This document shows positions 1-15,000 of a stretch of DNA of 64,000 nt, one piece after another. This DNA comes from Eledone cirrhosa (taxonomy: Eukaryota). A program made the position numbers and the translations under genes. How positions within the stretch are numbered: the stretch's first letter is position 1; each line of letters starts with the position of its first letter. The notes below the pieces were generated by a model. That model was not told the DNA's origin, searched no databases, and worked only from the letters and a program-made list of their open reading frames with translations. The DNA lies in the NCBI GenBank assembly GCA_964016885.1, contig CAXHJY010001063.1, positions 71,950 to 135,949 on the forward strand, given 5' to 3'.

Positions 1-3000
1 GTGGATAATATCAGGAATGGTAAGACTAGTGGATAATATCAGGAATGGTAAGAGCAGTGGATAATATCAGGAATGGTAAGACCAGTGGATAATATCAGGA
101 ATGGTAAGACTAGTGGATAATATCAGGAATGGTAAGAGCAGTGGATAATATCAGGAATGGTAAGACAAGTGGATAATATCAGGAATGGTAACACTAGTGG
201 ATAATATCAGGAATGGTAAGACTAGTGGATAATATCAGGAATGGTAAGACAAGTGGATAATATCAGGAATGGTAACACTAGTGGATAATATCAGGAATGG
301 TAAGACTAGTGGATAATATCAGGAATGGTAAGACTAGTGGATAATATCAGGATTGGTAAGACTAGTGGATAATATCAGGAATGGTAAGACTAGTGGATAA
401 TATCAGGAATGGTATGACTAGTGGATAATATCAGGAATGGTATGACTAGTGGATAATATCAGGATTGGTAATACTAGTGGATAATATCAGGAATGGTATG
501 ACTAGTGGATAATATCAGGAATGGTAAGACTAGTGGATAATATCAGGAATGGTAAGACTAGTGGATAATATCAGGAATGGTATGACTAGTGGATAATATC
601 AGGAATGGTATGACTAGTGGATAATATCAGGATTGGTAATACTAGTGGATAATATCAGGAATGGTATGACCAGTGGATAATATCAGGAATGGTATGACCA
701 GTGGATAATATCAGGAATGGTAATACTAGTGGATAATATCAGTAATGGTAAGACCAGTATATAATATCAGGAATGGTAAGAGCAGTGGATAATATCAGGA
801 ATGGTAAGAGCAGTGGATAATATCAGGAATGGTAAGACAAGTGGATAATATCAGGAATGGTAAGACCAGTGGATAATATCAGGAATGGTAAGACCAGTGG
901 ATAATATCAGGAATGGTAATACTAGTGGATAATATCAGTAATGGTAAGACCAGTGGATAATATCAGGAATGGTAAGAGCAGTGGATAATATCAGGAATGG
1001 TAAGAGCAGTGGATAATATCAGGAATGGTAAGAGCAGTGGATAATATCAGGAATGGTAAGACCAGTGGATAATATCAGGTATGGTAAGACTAGTGGATAA
1101 TATCAGGAATGGTATGACCAGTGGATAATATCAGGAATGGTAAGACTAGTGGATAATATCAGGAATGGTAAGACTAGTGGATAATATCAGGAATGGTAAG
1201 ACTAGTGGATAATATCAGGAATGGTATGACCAGTGGATAATATCAGGAATGGTATGACTAGTGGATAATATCAGGAATGGTAAGACCAGTGGATAATATC
1301 AGGAATGGTAAGACTGGTGGATAATATCAGGAATGGTATGACCAGTGGATAATATCAGGAATGGTAAGAGCAGTGGATAATATCAGGAATGGTAAGACTA
1401 GTGGATAATATCAGGAATGGTAAGACTAGTGGATAATATCAGGAATGGTATGACCAGTGGATAATATTAGGAATGGTAAGACTAGTGGATAATATCAGGA
1501 ATGGTAAGACCAGTGGATAATATCAGGAATGGTAAGACTAGTGGATAATATCAGGAATGGTAAGACCAGTGGATAATATCAGGAATGGTAAGACTAGTGG
1601 ATAATATCAGGAATGGTAAGACTAGTGGATAATATCAGGAATGGTAAGACCAGTGGATAATATCAGGAATGGTAAGACCAGTGGATAATATCAGGAATGG
1701 TAAGACTAGTGGATAATATCAGGAATGGTATGACCAGTGGATAATATTAGGAATGGTAAGACTAGTGGATAATATCAGGAATGGTAAGACCAGTGGATAA
1801 TATCAGGAATGGTAAGACTAGTGGATAATATCAGGAATGGTAAGACCAGTGGATAATATCAGGAATGGTAAGACTAGTGGATAATATCAGGAATGGTAAG
1901 ACTAGTGGATAATATCAGGAATGGTAAGACCAGTGGATAATATCAGGAATGGTAAGACCAGTGGATAATATCAGGAATGGTATGACTAGTGGATAATATC
2001 AGGAATGGTAAGACTAGTGGATAATATCAGGAATGGTATGACTAGTGGATAATATCAGGAATGGTAAGACCAGTGGATAATATCAGGAATGGTAAGACCA
2101 GTGGATAATATCAGGAATGGTATGACTAGTGGATAATATCAGGAATGGTAAGACCAGTGGATAATATCAGGAATGGTATGACTAGTGGATAATATCAGGA
2201 ATGGTAAGACCAGTGGATAATATCAGGAATGGTAAGACTAGTGGATAATATCAGGAATGGTAAGACCAGTGGATAATATCAGGAATGGTATGACTAGTGG
2301 ATAATATCAGGAATGGTAAGAGCAGTGGATAATATCAGGAATGGTATGACCAGTGGATAATATCAGGAATGGTATGACCAGTGGATAATATCAGGAATGG
2401 TAAGACCAGTGGATAATATCAGGAATGGTAAGACTAGTGGATAATATCAGGAATGGTAAGACTAGTGGATAATATCAGGAATGGTATGACTAGTGGATAA
2501 TATCAGGAATGGTAACACTAGTGGATAATATCAGGAATGGTAAGACTAGTGGATAATATCAGGAATGGTAAGACTAGTGGATAATATCAGGAATGGTAAG
2601 ACCAGTGGATAATATCAGGAATGGTAAGACCAGTGGATAATATCAGGAATGGTAAGACCAGTGGATAATATCAGGAATGGTAAGACTAGTGGATACTATC
2701 AGGAATGGTAAGACTAGTGGATAATATCAGGAATGGTAAGACGAGTGGATAATATCAGGAATGGTAAGAGCAGTGGATAATATCAGGAATGGTAAGACCA
2801 GTGGATAATATCAGGAATGGTAAGAGCAGTGGATAATATCAGGAATGGTAAGACTAGTGGATAATATCAGGAATGGTAAGAGCAGTGGATAATATCAGGA
2901 ATGGTAAGACTAGTGGATAATATCAGGAATGGTAAGACGAGTGGATAATATCAGGAATGGTAAGACCAGTGGATAATATCAGGAATGGTAAGACCAGTGG

Positions 3001-6000
3001 ATAATATCAGGAATGGTAAGAGCAGTGGATAATATCAGGAATGGTAAGACTAGTGGATAATATCAGGAATGGTATGACTAGTGGATAATATCAGGAATGG
3101 TATGACTAGTGGATAATATCAGGAATGGTAAGACCAGTGGATACTATCAGGAATGGTAAGACTAGTGGATAATATCAGGAATGGTATGACTAGTGGATAA
3201 TATCAGGAATGGTAAGACCAGTGGATAATATCAGGAATGGTATGACTAGTGGATAATATCAGGAATGGTAAGACCAGTGGATAATATCAGGAATGGTAAG
3301 ACTAGTGGAAAATATCAGGAATGGTAAGACTAGTGGATAATATCAGGAATGGTAAGACTAGTGGAAAATATCAGGAATGGTAAGACTAGTGGATAATATC
3401 AGGAATAGTAAGACCAGTGGATAATATCAGGAATGGTAAGAGTAGTGGATAATATCAGGAATGGTAAGACCAGTGGATAATATCAGGAATAGTAAGACCA
3501 GTGGATAATATCAGGAATGGTAAGAGTAGTGGATAATATCAGGAATGGTAAGACTAGTGGAAAATATCAGGAATGGTAAGACTAGTGGAAAATATCAGGA
3601 ATGGTAAGACTAGTGGATAATATCAGGAATAGTAAGACCAGTGGATAATATCAGGAATGGTAAGAGTAGTGGATAATATCAGGAATGGTAAGAGTAGTGG
3701 ATAATATCAGGAATGGTAAGACTAGTGGAAAATATCAGGAATAGTAAGACCAGTGGATAATATCAGGAATGGTAAGAGTAGTGGATAATATCAGGAATGG
3801 TAAGACCAGTGGATAATATCAGGAATAGTAAGACCAGTGGATAATATCAGGAATGGTAAGAGTAGTGGATAATATCAGGAATGGTAAGACTAGTGGATAA
3901 TATCAGGAATGGTAAGACTAGTGGAAAATATCAGGAATGGTAAGACTAGTGGATAATATCAGGAATGGTAAGACTAGTGGAAAATATCAGGAATGGTAAG
4001 ACTAGTGGATAATATCAGGAATGGTATGACTAGTGGATAATATCAGGAATGGTAAGACCAGTGGATAATATCAGGAATGGTAAGACTAGTGGAAAATATC
4101 AGGAATGGTAAGACTAGTGGATAATATCAGGAATGGTAAGACTAGTGGATAATATCAGGAATGGTAAGACCAGTGGATAATATCAGGAATAGTAAGACCA
4201 GTGGATAATATCAGGAATGGTAAGAGTAGTGGATAATATCAGGAATGGTAAGACTAGTGGATAATATCAGGAATGGTAAGACCAGTGGATAATATCAGGA
4301 ATGGTAAGACTGGTGGATAATATCAGGAATGGTAAGAGCAGTGGATAATATCAGGAATGGTAAGACTAGTGGATAATATCAGGAATAGTAAGACCAGTGG
4401 ATAATATCAGGAATGGTAAGAGTAGTGGATAATATCAGGAATGGTAAGACTAGTGGATAATATCAGGAATGGTAAGACCAGTGGATAATATCAGGAATGG
4501 TAAGAGTAGTGGATAATATCAGGAATGGTAAGACCAGTGGATAATATCAGGAATGGTAAGACAAGTGGATAATATCAGGAATGGTATGACTAGTGGATAA
4601 TATCAGGAATGGTAAGACTGGTGGATAATATCAGGAATGGTAAGAGCAGTGGATAATATCAGGAATGGTAAGACTAGTGGATAATATCAGGAATGGTAAG
4701 AGCAGTGGATAATATCAGGAATGGTAAGACTGGTGGATAATATCAGGAATGGTAAGAGCAGTGGATAATATCAGGAATGGTAAGACCAGTGGATAATATC
4801 AGGAATGGTATGACTAGTGGATAATATCAGGAATGGTAAGACTAGTGGATAATATCAGGAATAGTAAGACCAGTGGATAATATCAGGAATGGTAAGAGCA
4901 GTGGATAATATCAGGAATGGTAAGACCAGTGGATAATATCAGGAATGGTAAGACTAGTGGATAATATCAGGAATGGTATGACTAGTGGATAATATCAGGA
5001 ATGGTAAGACTGGTGGATAATATCAGGAATGGTAAGAGCAGTGGATAATATCAGGAATGGTAAGACTAGTGGATAATATCAGGAATGGTAAGAGCAGTGG
5101 ATAATATCAGGAATGGTAAGACTGGTGGATAATATCAGGAATGGTAAGACTAGTGGATAATATCAGGAATGGTAAGACTAGTGGATAATATCAGGAATGG
5201 TATGACTATTGGATAATATCAGGAATGGTATGACTAGTGGATAATATCAGGAATGGTATGACTATTGGATAATATCAGGAATGGTATGACTAGTGGATAA
5301 TATCAGGAATGGTAAGACTAGTGGATAATATCAGGAATGGTAAGACTAGTGGATAATATCAGGAATGGTAAGACCAGTGGATAATATCAGGAATGGTAAG
5401 ACTGGTGGATAATATCAGGAATGGTAAGACTACTGGATAATATCAGGAATGGTAAGACTAGTGGATAATATCAGGAATGGTAAGACTGGTGGATAATATC
5501 AGGAATGGTATGACCAGTGGATAATATCAGCAAAGGTAAGACTAGTGGATAATATCAGGAATGGTAAGACTAGTGGATAATATCAGGAATGGTAAGACTG
5601 GTGGATAATATCAGGAATGGTATGACCAGTGGATAATATCAGCAATGGTAAGACTAGTGGATAATATCAGGAATGGTAAGACTAGTGGATAATATCAGGA
5701 ATGGTAAGACTAGTGGATAATATCAGGAATGGTATGACTGGTGGATAATATCAGGAATGGTATGACTGGTGGATAATATCAGGAATGGTATGACTGGTGG
5801 ATAATATCAGGAATGGTAAGACTAGTGGATAATATCAGGAATGGTAAGACTAGTGGATAATATCAGGAATGGTAAGACTAGTGGATAATATCAGGAATGG
5901 TAAGACTGGTGGATAATATCAGGAATGGTAAGAGCAGTGGATAATATCAGGAATGGTAAGACTAGTGGATAATATCAGGAATGGTATGACTGGTGGATAA

Positions 6001-9000
6001 TATCAGGAATGGTAAGACTAGTGGATAATATCAGGAATGGTATGACTAGTGGATAATATCAGGAATGGTATGACTGGTGGATAATATCAGGAATGGTAAG
6101 ACTAGTGGATAATATCAGGAATGGTAAGACTAGTGGATAATATCAGGAATGGTAAGACTAGTGGATAATATCAGGAATGGTATGACTGGTGGATAATATC
6201 AGGAATGGTATGACCAGTGGATAATATCAGGAATGGTAAGACTAGTGGATAATATCAGGAATGGTAAGACTGGTGGATAATATCAGGAATGGTAAGACAA
6301 GTGGATAATATCAGGAATGGTAAGACCAGTGGATAATATCAGGAATGGTAAGACTAGTGGATAATATCAGGAATGGTAAGACCAGTGGATAATATCAGGA
6401 ATGGTAAGACCAGTGGATAATATCAGGAATGGTAAGAGCAGTGGATAATATCAGGAATGGTAAGACCAGTGGATAATATCAGGAATGGTAAGACTAGTGG
6501 ATAATATCAGGAATGGTATGACTAGTGGATAATATCAGGAATGGTAAGACTGGTGGATAATATCAGGAATGGTAAGAGCAGTGGATAATATCAGGAATGG
6601 TAAGACTAGTGGATAATATCAGGAATGGTATGACTAGTGGATAATATCAGGAATGGTATGACTAGTGGATAATATCAGGAATGGTATGACTAGTGGATAA
6701 TATCAGGAATGGTAAGACTAGTGGATAATATCAGGAATGGTAAGACTAGTGGATAATATCAGGAATGGTAAGACCAGTGGATAATATCAGGAATGGTAAG
6801 ACTGGTGGATAATATCAGGAATGGTAAGACTACTGGATAATATCAGAAATGGTAAGACTAGTGGATAATATCAGGAATGGTAAGACTGGTGGATAATATC
6901 AGGAATGGTATGACCAGTGGATAATATCAGGAATGGTAAGACTAGTGGATAATATCAGGAATGGTAAGACTAGTGGATAATATCAGTAATGGTAAGACTG
7001 GTGGATAATATCAGGAATGGTATGACCAGTGGATAATATCAGGAATGGTAAGACTAGTGGATAATATCAGGAATGGTAAGACCAGTGGATAATATCAGGA
7101 ATGGTAAGACTAGTGGATAATATCAGGAATGGTAAGACTGGTGGATAATATCAGGAATGGTAAGACTAGTGGATAATATCAGGAATGCTATGACTAGTGG
7201 ATAATATCAGGAATGGTAAGACCAGTGGATAATATCAGGAATGGTAAGACTAGTGGATAATATCAGGAATGGTATGACTAGTGGATAATATCAGGAATGG
7301 TAAGACCAGTGGATAATATCAGGAATGGTAAGACTAGTGGATAATATCAGGAATGGTATGACTAGTGGATAATATCAGGAATGGTAAGACCAGTGGATAA
7401 TATCAGGAATGGTAAGACTAGTGGATAATATCAGGAATGGTAAGAGCAGTGGATAATATCAGGAATGGTATGACTAGTGGATAATATCAGGAATGGTAAG
7501 ACTGGTGGATAATATCAGGAATGGTAAGAGCAGTGGATAATATCAGGAATGGTAAGACCAGTGGATAATATCAGGAATGGTAAGACTGGTGGATAATATC
7601 AGGAATGGTAAGACTGGTGGATAATATCAGGAATGGTAAGAGCAGTGTATAATATCAGGAATGGTAAGACCAGTGGATAATATCAGGAATAGTAAGACCA
7701 GTGGATAATATCAGGAATGGTAAGAGCAGTGGATAATATCAGGAATGGTAAGACCAGTGGATAATATCAGGAATAGTAAGACCAGTGGATAATATCAGGA
7801 ATGGTAAGACTAGTGGATAATATCAGGAATAGTAAGACCAGTGGATACTATCAGGAATGGTAAGAGCAGTGGATAATATCAGGAATGGTAAGACTGGTGG
7901 ATAATATCAGGAATAGTAAGACCAGTGGATAATATCAGGAATGGTAAGACTAGTGGATAATATCAGGAATGGTATGACTAGTGGATAATATCAGGAATGG
8001 TAAGACTGGTGGATAATATCAGGAATGGTAAGACCAGTGGATAATATCAGGAATGGTAAGACAAGTGGATAATATCAGGAATGGTAAGACCAGTGGATAA
8101 TATCAGGAATGGTAAGACTAGTGGATAATATCAGGAATAGTAAGACCAGTGGATAATATCAGGAATGGTAAGAGCAGTGGATAATATCAGGAATGGTAAG
8201 ACCAGTGGATAATATCAGGAATGGTAAGACTACTGGATAATATCAGGAATGGTAAGACTAGTGGATAATATCAGGAATGGTAAGACTACTGGATAATATC
8301 AGGAATGGTATGACTAGTGGATAATATCAGGAATGGTAAGACTAGTGGATAATATCAGGAATGGTAAGACTACTGGATAATATCAGGAATGGTAAGACTA
8401 GTGGATAATATCAGGAATGGTAAGACTGGTGGATAATATCAGGAATGGTATGACTAGTGGATAATATCAGGAATGGTATGACTAGTGGATAATATCAGGA
8501 ATGGTAAGACTAGTGGATAATATCAGGAATGGTAAGAGCAGTGGATAATATCAGGAATGGTAAGACTGGTGGATAATATCAGGAATGGTAAGACTAGTGG
8601 ATAATATCAGGAATGGTATGACTGGTGGATAATATCAGGAATGGTATGACCAGTGGATTATATCAGGAATGGTAAGACTGGTGGATAATATCAGGAATGG
8701 TAAGACTAGTGGATAATATCAGGAATGGTATGACTGGTGGATAATATCAGGAATGGTAAGACTAGTGGATAATATCAGGAATGGTATGACTGGTGGATAA
8801 TATCAGGAATGGTAAGACTAGTGGATAATATCAGGAATGGTATGACTGGTGGATAATATCAGGAATGGTATGACCAGTGGATAATATCAGGAATGGTAAG
8901 ACTAGTGGATAATATCAGGAATGGTAAGACTGGTGGATAATATCAGGAATGGTAAGACCAGTGGATAATATCAGGAATGGTAAGACTAGTGGATAATATC

Positions 9001-12000
9001 AGGAATAGTAAGACCAGTGGATAATATCAGGAATGGTAAGAGCAGTGGATAATATCAGGAATGGTAAGACCAGTGGATAATATCAGGAATGGTAAGACTA
9101 GAGGATAATATCAGGAATGGTATGACTAGTGGATAATATCAGGAATGGTAAGACTGGTGGATAATATCAGGAATGGTAAGAGCAGTGGATAATATCAGGA
9201 ATGGTAAGACTAGTGGATAATATCAGGAATGGTATGACTAGTGGATAATATCAGGAATGGTAAGACTAGTGGATAATATCAGGAATGGTAAGACTAGTGG
9301 ATAATATCAGGAATGGTATGACTAGTGGATAATATCAGGAATGGTAAGACTAGTGGATAATATCAGGAATGGTAAGACTAGTGGATAATATCAGGAATGG
9401 TAAGACTGGTGGATAATATCAGGAATGGTAAGACTGGTGGATAATATCAGGAATGGTAAGACTGGTGGATAATATCAGGAATGGTAAGACTGGTGGATAA
9501 TATCAGGAATGGTAAGACTGGTGGATAATATCAGGAATGGTAAGACCAGTGGATAATATCAGGAATGGTAAGACTAGTGGATAATATCAGGAATGGTATG
9601 ACCAGTGGATAATATCAGGAATGGTAAGACTGGTGGATAATATCAGGAATGGTAAGACTGGTGGATAATATCAGGAATGGTAAGACTGGTGGATAATATC
9701 AGGAATGGTAAGACTGGTGGATAATATCAGGAATGGTAAGACTGGTGGATAATATCAGGAATGGTAAGACTGGTGGATAATATCAGGAATGGTAAGACTG
9801 GTGGATAATATCAGGAATGGTAAGACTACTGGATAATATCAGAAATGGTAAGACTAGTGGATAATATCAGGAATGGTAAGACTGGTGGATAATATCAGGA
9901 ATGGTATGACCAGTGGATAATATCAGGAATGGTAAGACTAGTGGATAATATCAGGAATGGTAAGACTAGTGGATAATATCAGGAATGGTAAGACTGGTGG
10001 ATAATATCAGGAATGGTATGACCAGTGGATAATATCAGGAATGGTAAGACTAGTGGATAATATCAGGAATGGTAAGACCAGTGGATAATATCAGGAATGG
10101 TAAGACTGGTGGATAATATCAGGAATGGTATGACCAGTGGATAATATCAGGAATGGTAAGACTGGTGGATAATATCAGGAATGGTAAGACTAGTGGATAA
10201 TATCAGGAATGGTAAGACTAGTGGATAATATCAGGAATGGTAAGACTAGTGGATAATATCAGGAATGGTATGACTGGTGGATAATATCAGGAATGGTAAG
10301 ACTAGTGGATAATATCAGGAATGGTATGACTAGTGGATAATATCAGGAATGGTAAAACTGGTGGATAATATCAGGAATGGTAAGAGCAGTGGATAATATC
10401 AGGAATGGTATGACTGGTGGATAATATCAGGAATGGTATGACTAGTGGATAATATCAGGAATGGTAAGACTGGTGGATAATATCAGGAATGGTAAGACTA
10501 GTGGATAATATCAGGAATGGTAAGAGCAGTGGATAATATCAGGAATGGTAAGACTGGTGGATAATATCAGGAATGGTAAGACTAGTGGATAATATCAGGA
10601 ATGGTATGACTGGTGGATAATATCAGGAATGGTATGACCAGTGGATTATATCAGGAATGGTAAGACTGGTGGATAATATCAGGAATGGTAAGACTAGTGG
10701 ATAATATCAGGAATGGTATGACTGGTGGATAATATCAGGAATGGTAAGACTAGTGGATAATATCAGGAATGGTATGACTAGTGGATAATATCAGGAATGG
10801 TATGACTGGTGGATAATATCAGGAATGGTAAGACTAGTGGATAATATCAGGAATGGTAAGACTAGTGGATAATATCAGGAATGGTATGACTGGTGGATAA
10901 TATCAGGAATGGTATGACCAGTGGATAATATCAGGAATGGTAAGACTAGTGGATAATATCAGGAATGGTATGACTGGTGGATAATATCAGGAATGGTAAG
11001 ACTAGTGGATAATATCAGGAATGGTAAGACTAGTGGATAATATCAGGAATGGTATGACTGGTGGATAATATCAGGAATGGTATGACCAGTGGATAATATC
11101 AGGAATGGTAAGACTGGTGGATAATATCAGGAATGGTAAGACTAGTGGATAATATCAGGAATGGTAAGACTGGTGGATAATATCAGGAATGGTAAGACCA
11201 GTGGATAATATCAGGAATGGTAAGACTAGTGGATAATATCAGGAATGGTAAGAGCAGTGGATAATATCAGGAATGGTAAGACTAGTGGATAATATCAGGA
11301 ATGGTAAGAGCAGTGGATAATATCAGGAATGGTAAGACTAGTGGATAATATCAGGAATGGTAAGAGCAGTGGATAATATCAGGAATGGTAAGACTAGTGG
11401 ATAATATCAGGAATGGTAAGACTGGTGGATAATATCAGGAATGGTATGACTGGTGGATAATATCAGGAATGGTAAGACTAGTGGATAATATCAGGAATGG
11501 TAAGAGCAGTGGATAATATCAGGAATGGTAAGACTAGTGGATAATATCAGGAATGGTATGACTAGTGGATAATATCAGGAATGGTAAGACTGGTGGATAA
11601 TATCAGGAATGGTATGACTGGTGGATAATATCAGGAATGGTAAGACTAGTGGATAATATCAGGAATGGTAAGAGCAGTGGATAATATCAGGAATGGTAAG
11701 ACTAGTGGATAATATCAGGAATGGTATGACTAGTGGATAATATCAGGAATGGTATGACTAGTGGATAATATCAGGAATGGTAAGACGAGTGGATAATATC
11801 AGGAATGGTATGACTAGTGGATAATATCAGGAATGGTAAGACCAGTGGATAATATCAGGAATGGTATCACTAGTGGATAATATCAGGAATGGTAAGACTA
11901 GTGGATAATATCAGGAATGGTATGACTAGTGGATAATATCAGGAATGGTAAGACTAGTGGATAATATCAGGAATGGTAAGAGCAGTGGATAATATCAGGA

Positions 12001-15000
12001 ATGGTAAGAGCAGTGGATAATATCAGGAATGGTAAGAGCAGTGGATAATATCAGGAATGGTAAGACTAGTGGATAATATCAGGAATGGTAAGACTAGTGG
12101 ATAATATCAGGAATGGTAAGACCAGTGGATAATATCAGGAATGGTATGACTAGTGGATAATATCAGGAATGGTATGACTAGTGGATAATATCAGGAATGG
12201 TAAGACTAGTGGATAATATCAGGAATGGTAAGACCAGTGGATAATATCAGGAATGGTAAGACTAGTGGATAATATCAGGAATGGTATGACCAGTGGATAA
12301 TATCAGGAATGGTATGACTAGTGGATAATATCAGGAATGGTAAGACCAGTGGATAATATCAGGAATGGTATCACTAGTGGATAATATCAGGAATGGTAAG
12401 ACTAGTGGATAATATCAGGAATGGTAAGACCAGTGGATAATATCAGGAATGGTAAGACTAGTGGATAATATCAGGAATGGTAAGACCAGTGGATAATATC
12501 AGGAATGGTAAGACTAGTGGATAATATCAGGAATGGTAAGACTAGTGGATAATATCAGGAATGGTAAGACCAGTGGATAATATCAGGAATGGTAAGACTA
12601 GTGGATAATATCAGGAATGGTATGACCAGTGGATAATATCAGGAATGGTAAGACTGGTGGATAATATCAGGAATGGTAAGACCAGTGGATAATATCAGGA
12701 ATGGTAAGACTAGTGGATAATATCAGGAATGGTATGACCAGTGGATAATATCAGGAATGGTAAGACTGGTGGATAATATCAGGAATGGTAAGACTGGTGG
12801 ATAATATCAGGAATGGTAAGACTGGTGGATAATATCAGGAATGGTAAGACTGGTGGATAATATCAGGAATGGTAAGACTGGTGGATAATATCAGGAATGG
12901 TAAGACTGGTGGATAATATCAGGAATGGTAAGACTGGTGGATAATATCAGGAATGGTAAGACTACTGGATAATATCAGAAATGGTAAGACTAGTGGATAA
13001 TATCAGGAATGGTAAGACTGGTGGATAATATCAGGAATGGTATGACCAGTGGATAATATCAGGAATGGTAAGACTAGTGGATAATATCAGGAATGGTAAG
13101 ACTAGTGGATAATATCAGGAATGGTAAGACTGGTGGATAATATCAGGAATGGTATGACCAGTGGATAATATCAGGAATGGTAAGACTAGTGGATAATATC
13201 AGGAATGGTAAGACCAGTGGATAATATCAGGAATGGTAAGACTGGTGGATAATATCAGGAATGGTATGACCAGTGGATAATATCAGGAATGGTAAGACTG
13301 GTGGATAATATCAGGAATGGTAAGACTAGTGGATAATATCAGGAATGGTAAGACTAGTGGATAATATCAGGAATGGTAAGACTAGTGGATAATATCAGGA
13401 ATGGTATGACTGGTGGATAATATCAGGAATGGTAAGACTAGTGGATAATATCAGGAATGGTATGACTAGTGGATAATATCAGGAATGGTAAAACTGGTGG
13501 ATAATATCAGGAATGGTAAGAGCAGTGGATAATATCAGGAATGGTATGACTGGTGGATAATATCAGGAATGGTATGACTAGTGGATAATATCAGGAATGG
13601 TAAGACTGGTGGATAATATCAGGAATGGTAAGACTAGTGGATAATATCAGGAATGGTAAGAGCAGTGGATAATATCAGGAATGGTAAGACTGGTGGATAA
13701 TATCAGGAATGGTAAGACTAGTGGATAATATCAGGAATGGTATGACTGGTGGATAATATCAGGAATGGTATGACCAGTGGATTATATCAGGAATGGTAAG
13801 ACTGGTGGATAATATCAGGAATGGTAAGACTAGTGGATAATATCAGGAATGGTATGACTGGTGGATAATATCAGGAATGGTAAGACTAGTGGATAATATC
13901 AGGAATGGTATGACTAGTGGATAATATCAGGAATGGTATGACTGGTGGATAATATCAGGAATGGTAAGACTAGTGGATAATATCAGGAATGGTAAGACTA
14001 GTGGATAATATCAGGAATGGTATGACTGGTGGATAATATCAGGAATGGTATGACCAGTGGATAATATCAGGAATGGTAAGACTAGTGGATAATATCAGGA
14101 ATGGTATGACTGGTGGATAATATCAGGAATGGTAAGACTAGTGGATAATATCAGGAATGGTAAGACTAGTGGATAATATCAGGAATGGTATGACTGGTGG
14201 ATAATATCAGGAATGGTATGACCAGTGGATAATATCAGGAATGGTAAGACTGGTGGATAATATCAGGAATGGTAAGACTAGTGGATAATATCAGGAATGG
14301 TAAGACTGGTGGATAATATCAGGAATGGTAAGACCAGTGGATAATATCAGGAATGGTAAGACTAGTGGATAATATCAGGAATGGTAAGAGCAGTGGATAA
14401 TATCAGGAATGGTAAGACTAGTGGATAATATCAGGAATGGTAAGAGCAGTGGATAATATCAGGAATGGTAAGACTAGTGGATAATATCAGGAATGGTAAG
14501 AGCAGTGGATAATATCAGGAATGGTAAGACTAGTGGATAATATCAGGAATGGTAAGACTGGTGGATAATATCAGGAATGGTATGACTGGTGGATAATATC
14601 AGGAATGGTAAGACTAGTGGATAATATCAGGAATGGTAAGAGCAGTGGATAATATCAGGAATGGTAAGACTAGTGGATAATATCAGGAATGGTATGACTA
14701 GTGGATAATATCAGGAATGGTAAGACTGGTGGATAATATCAGGAATGGTATGACTGGTGGATAATATCAGGAATGGTAAGACTAGTGGATAATATCAGGA
14801 ATGGTAAGAGCAGTGGATAATATCAGGAATGGTAAGACTAGTGGATAATATCAGGAATGGTATGACTAGTGGATAATATCAGGAATGGTATGACTAGTGG
14901 ATAATATCAGGAATGGTAAGACGAGTGGATAATATCAGGAATGGTATGACTAGTGGATAATATCAGGAATGGTAAGACCAGTGGATAATATCAGGAATGG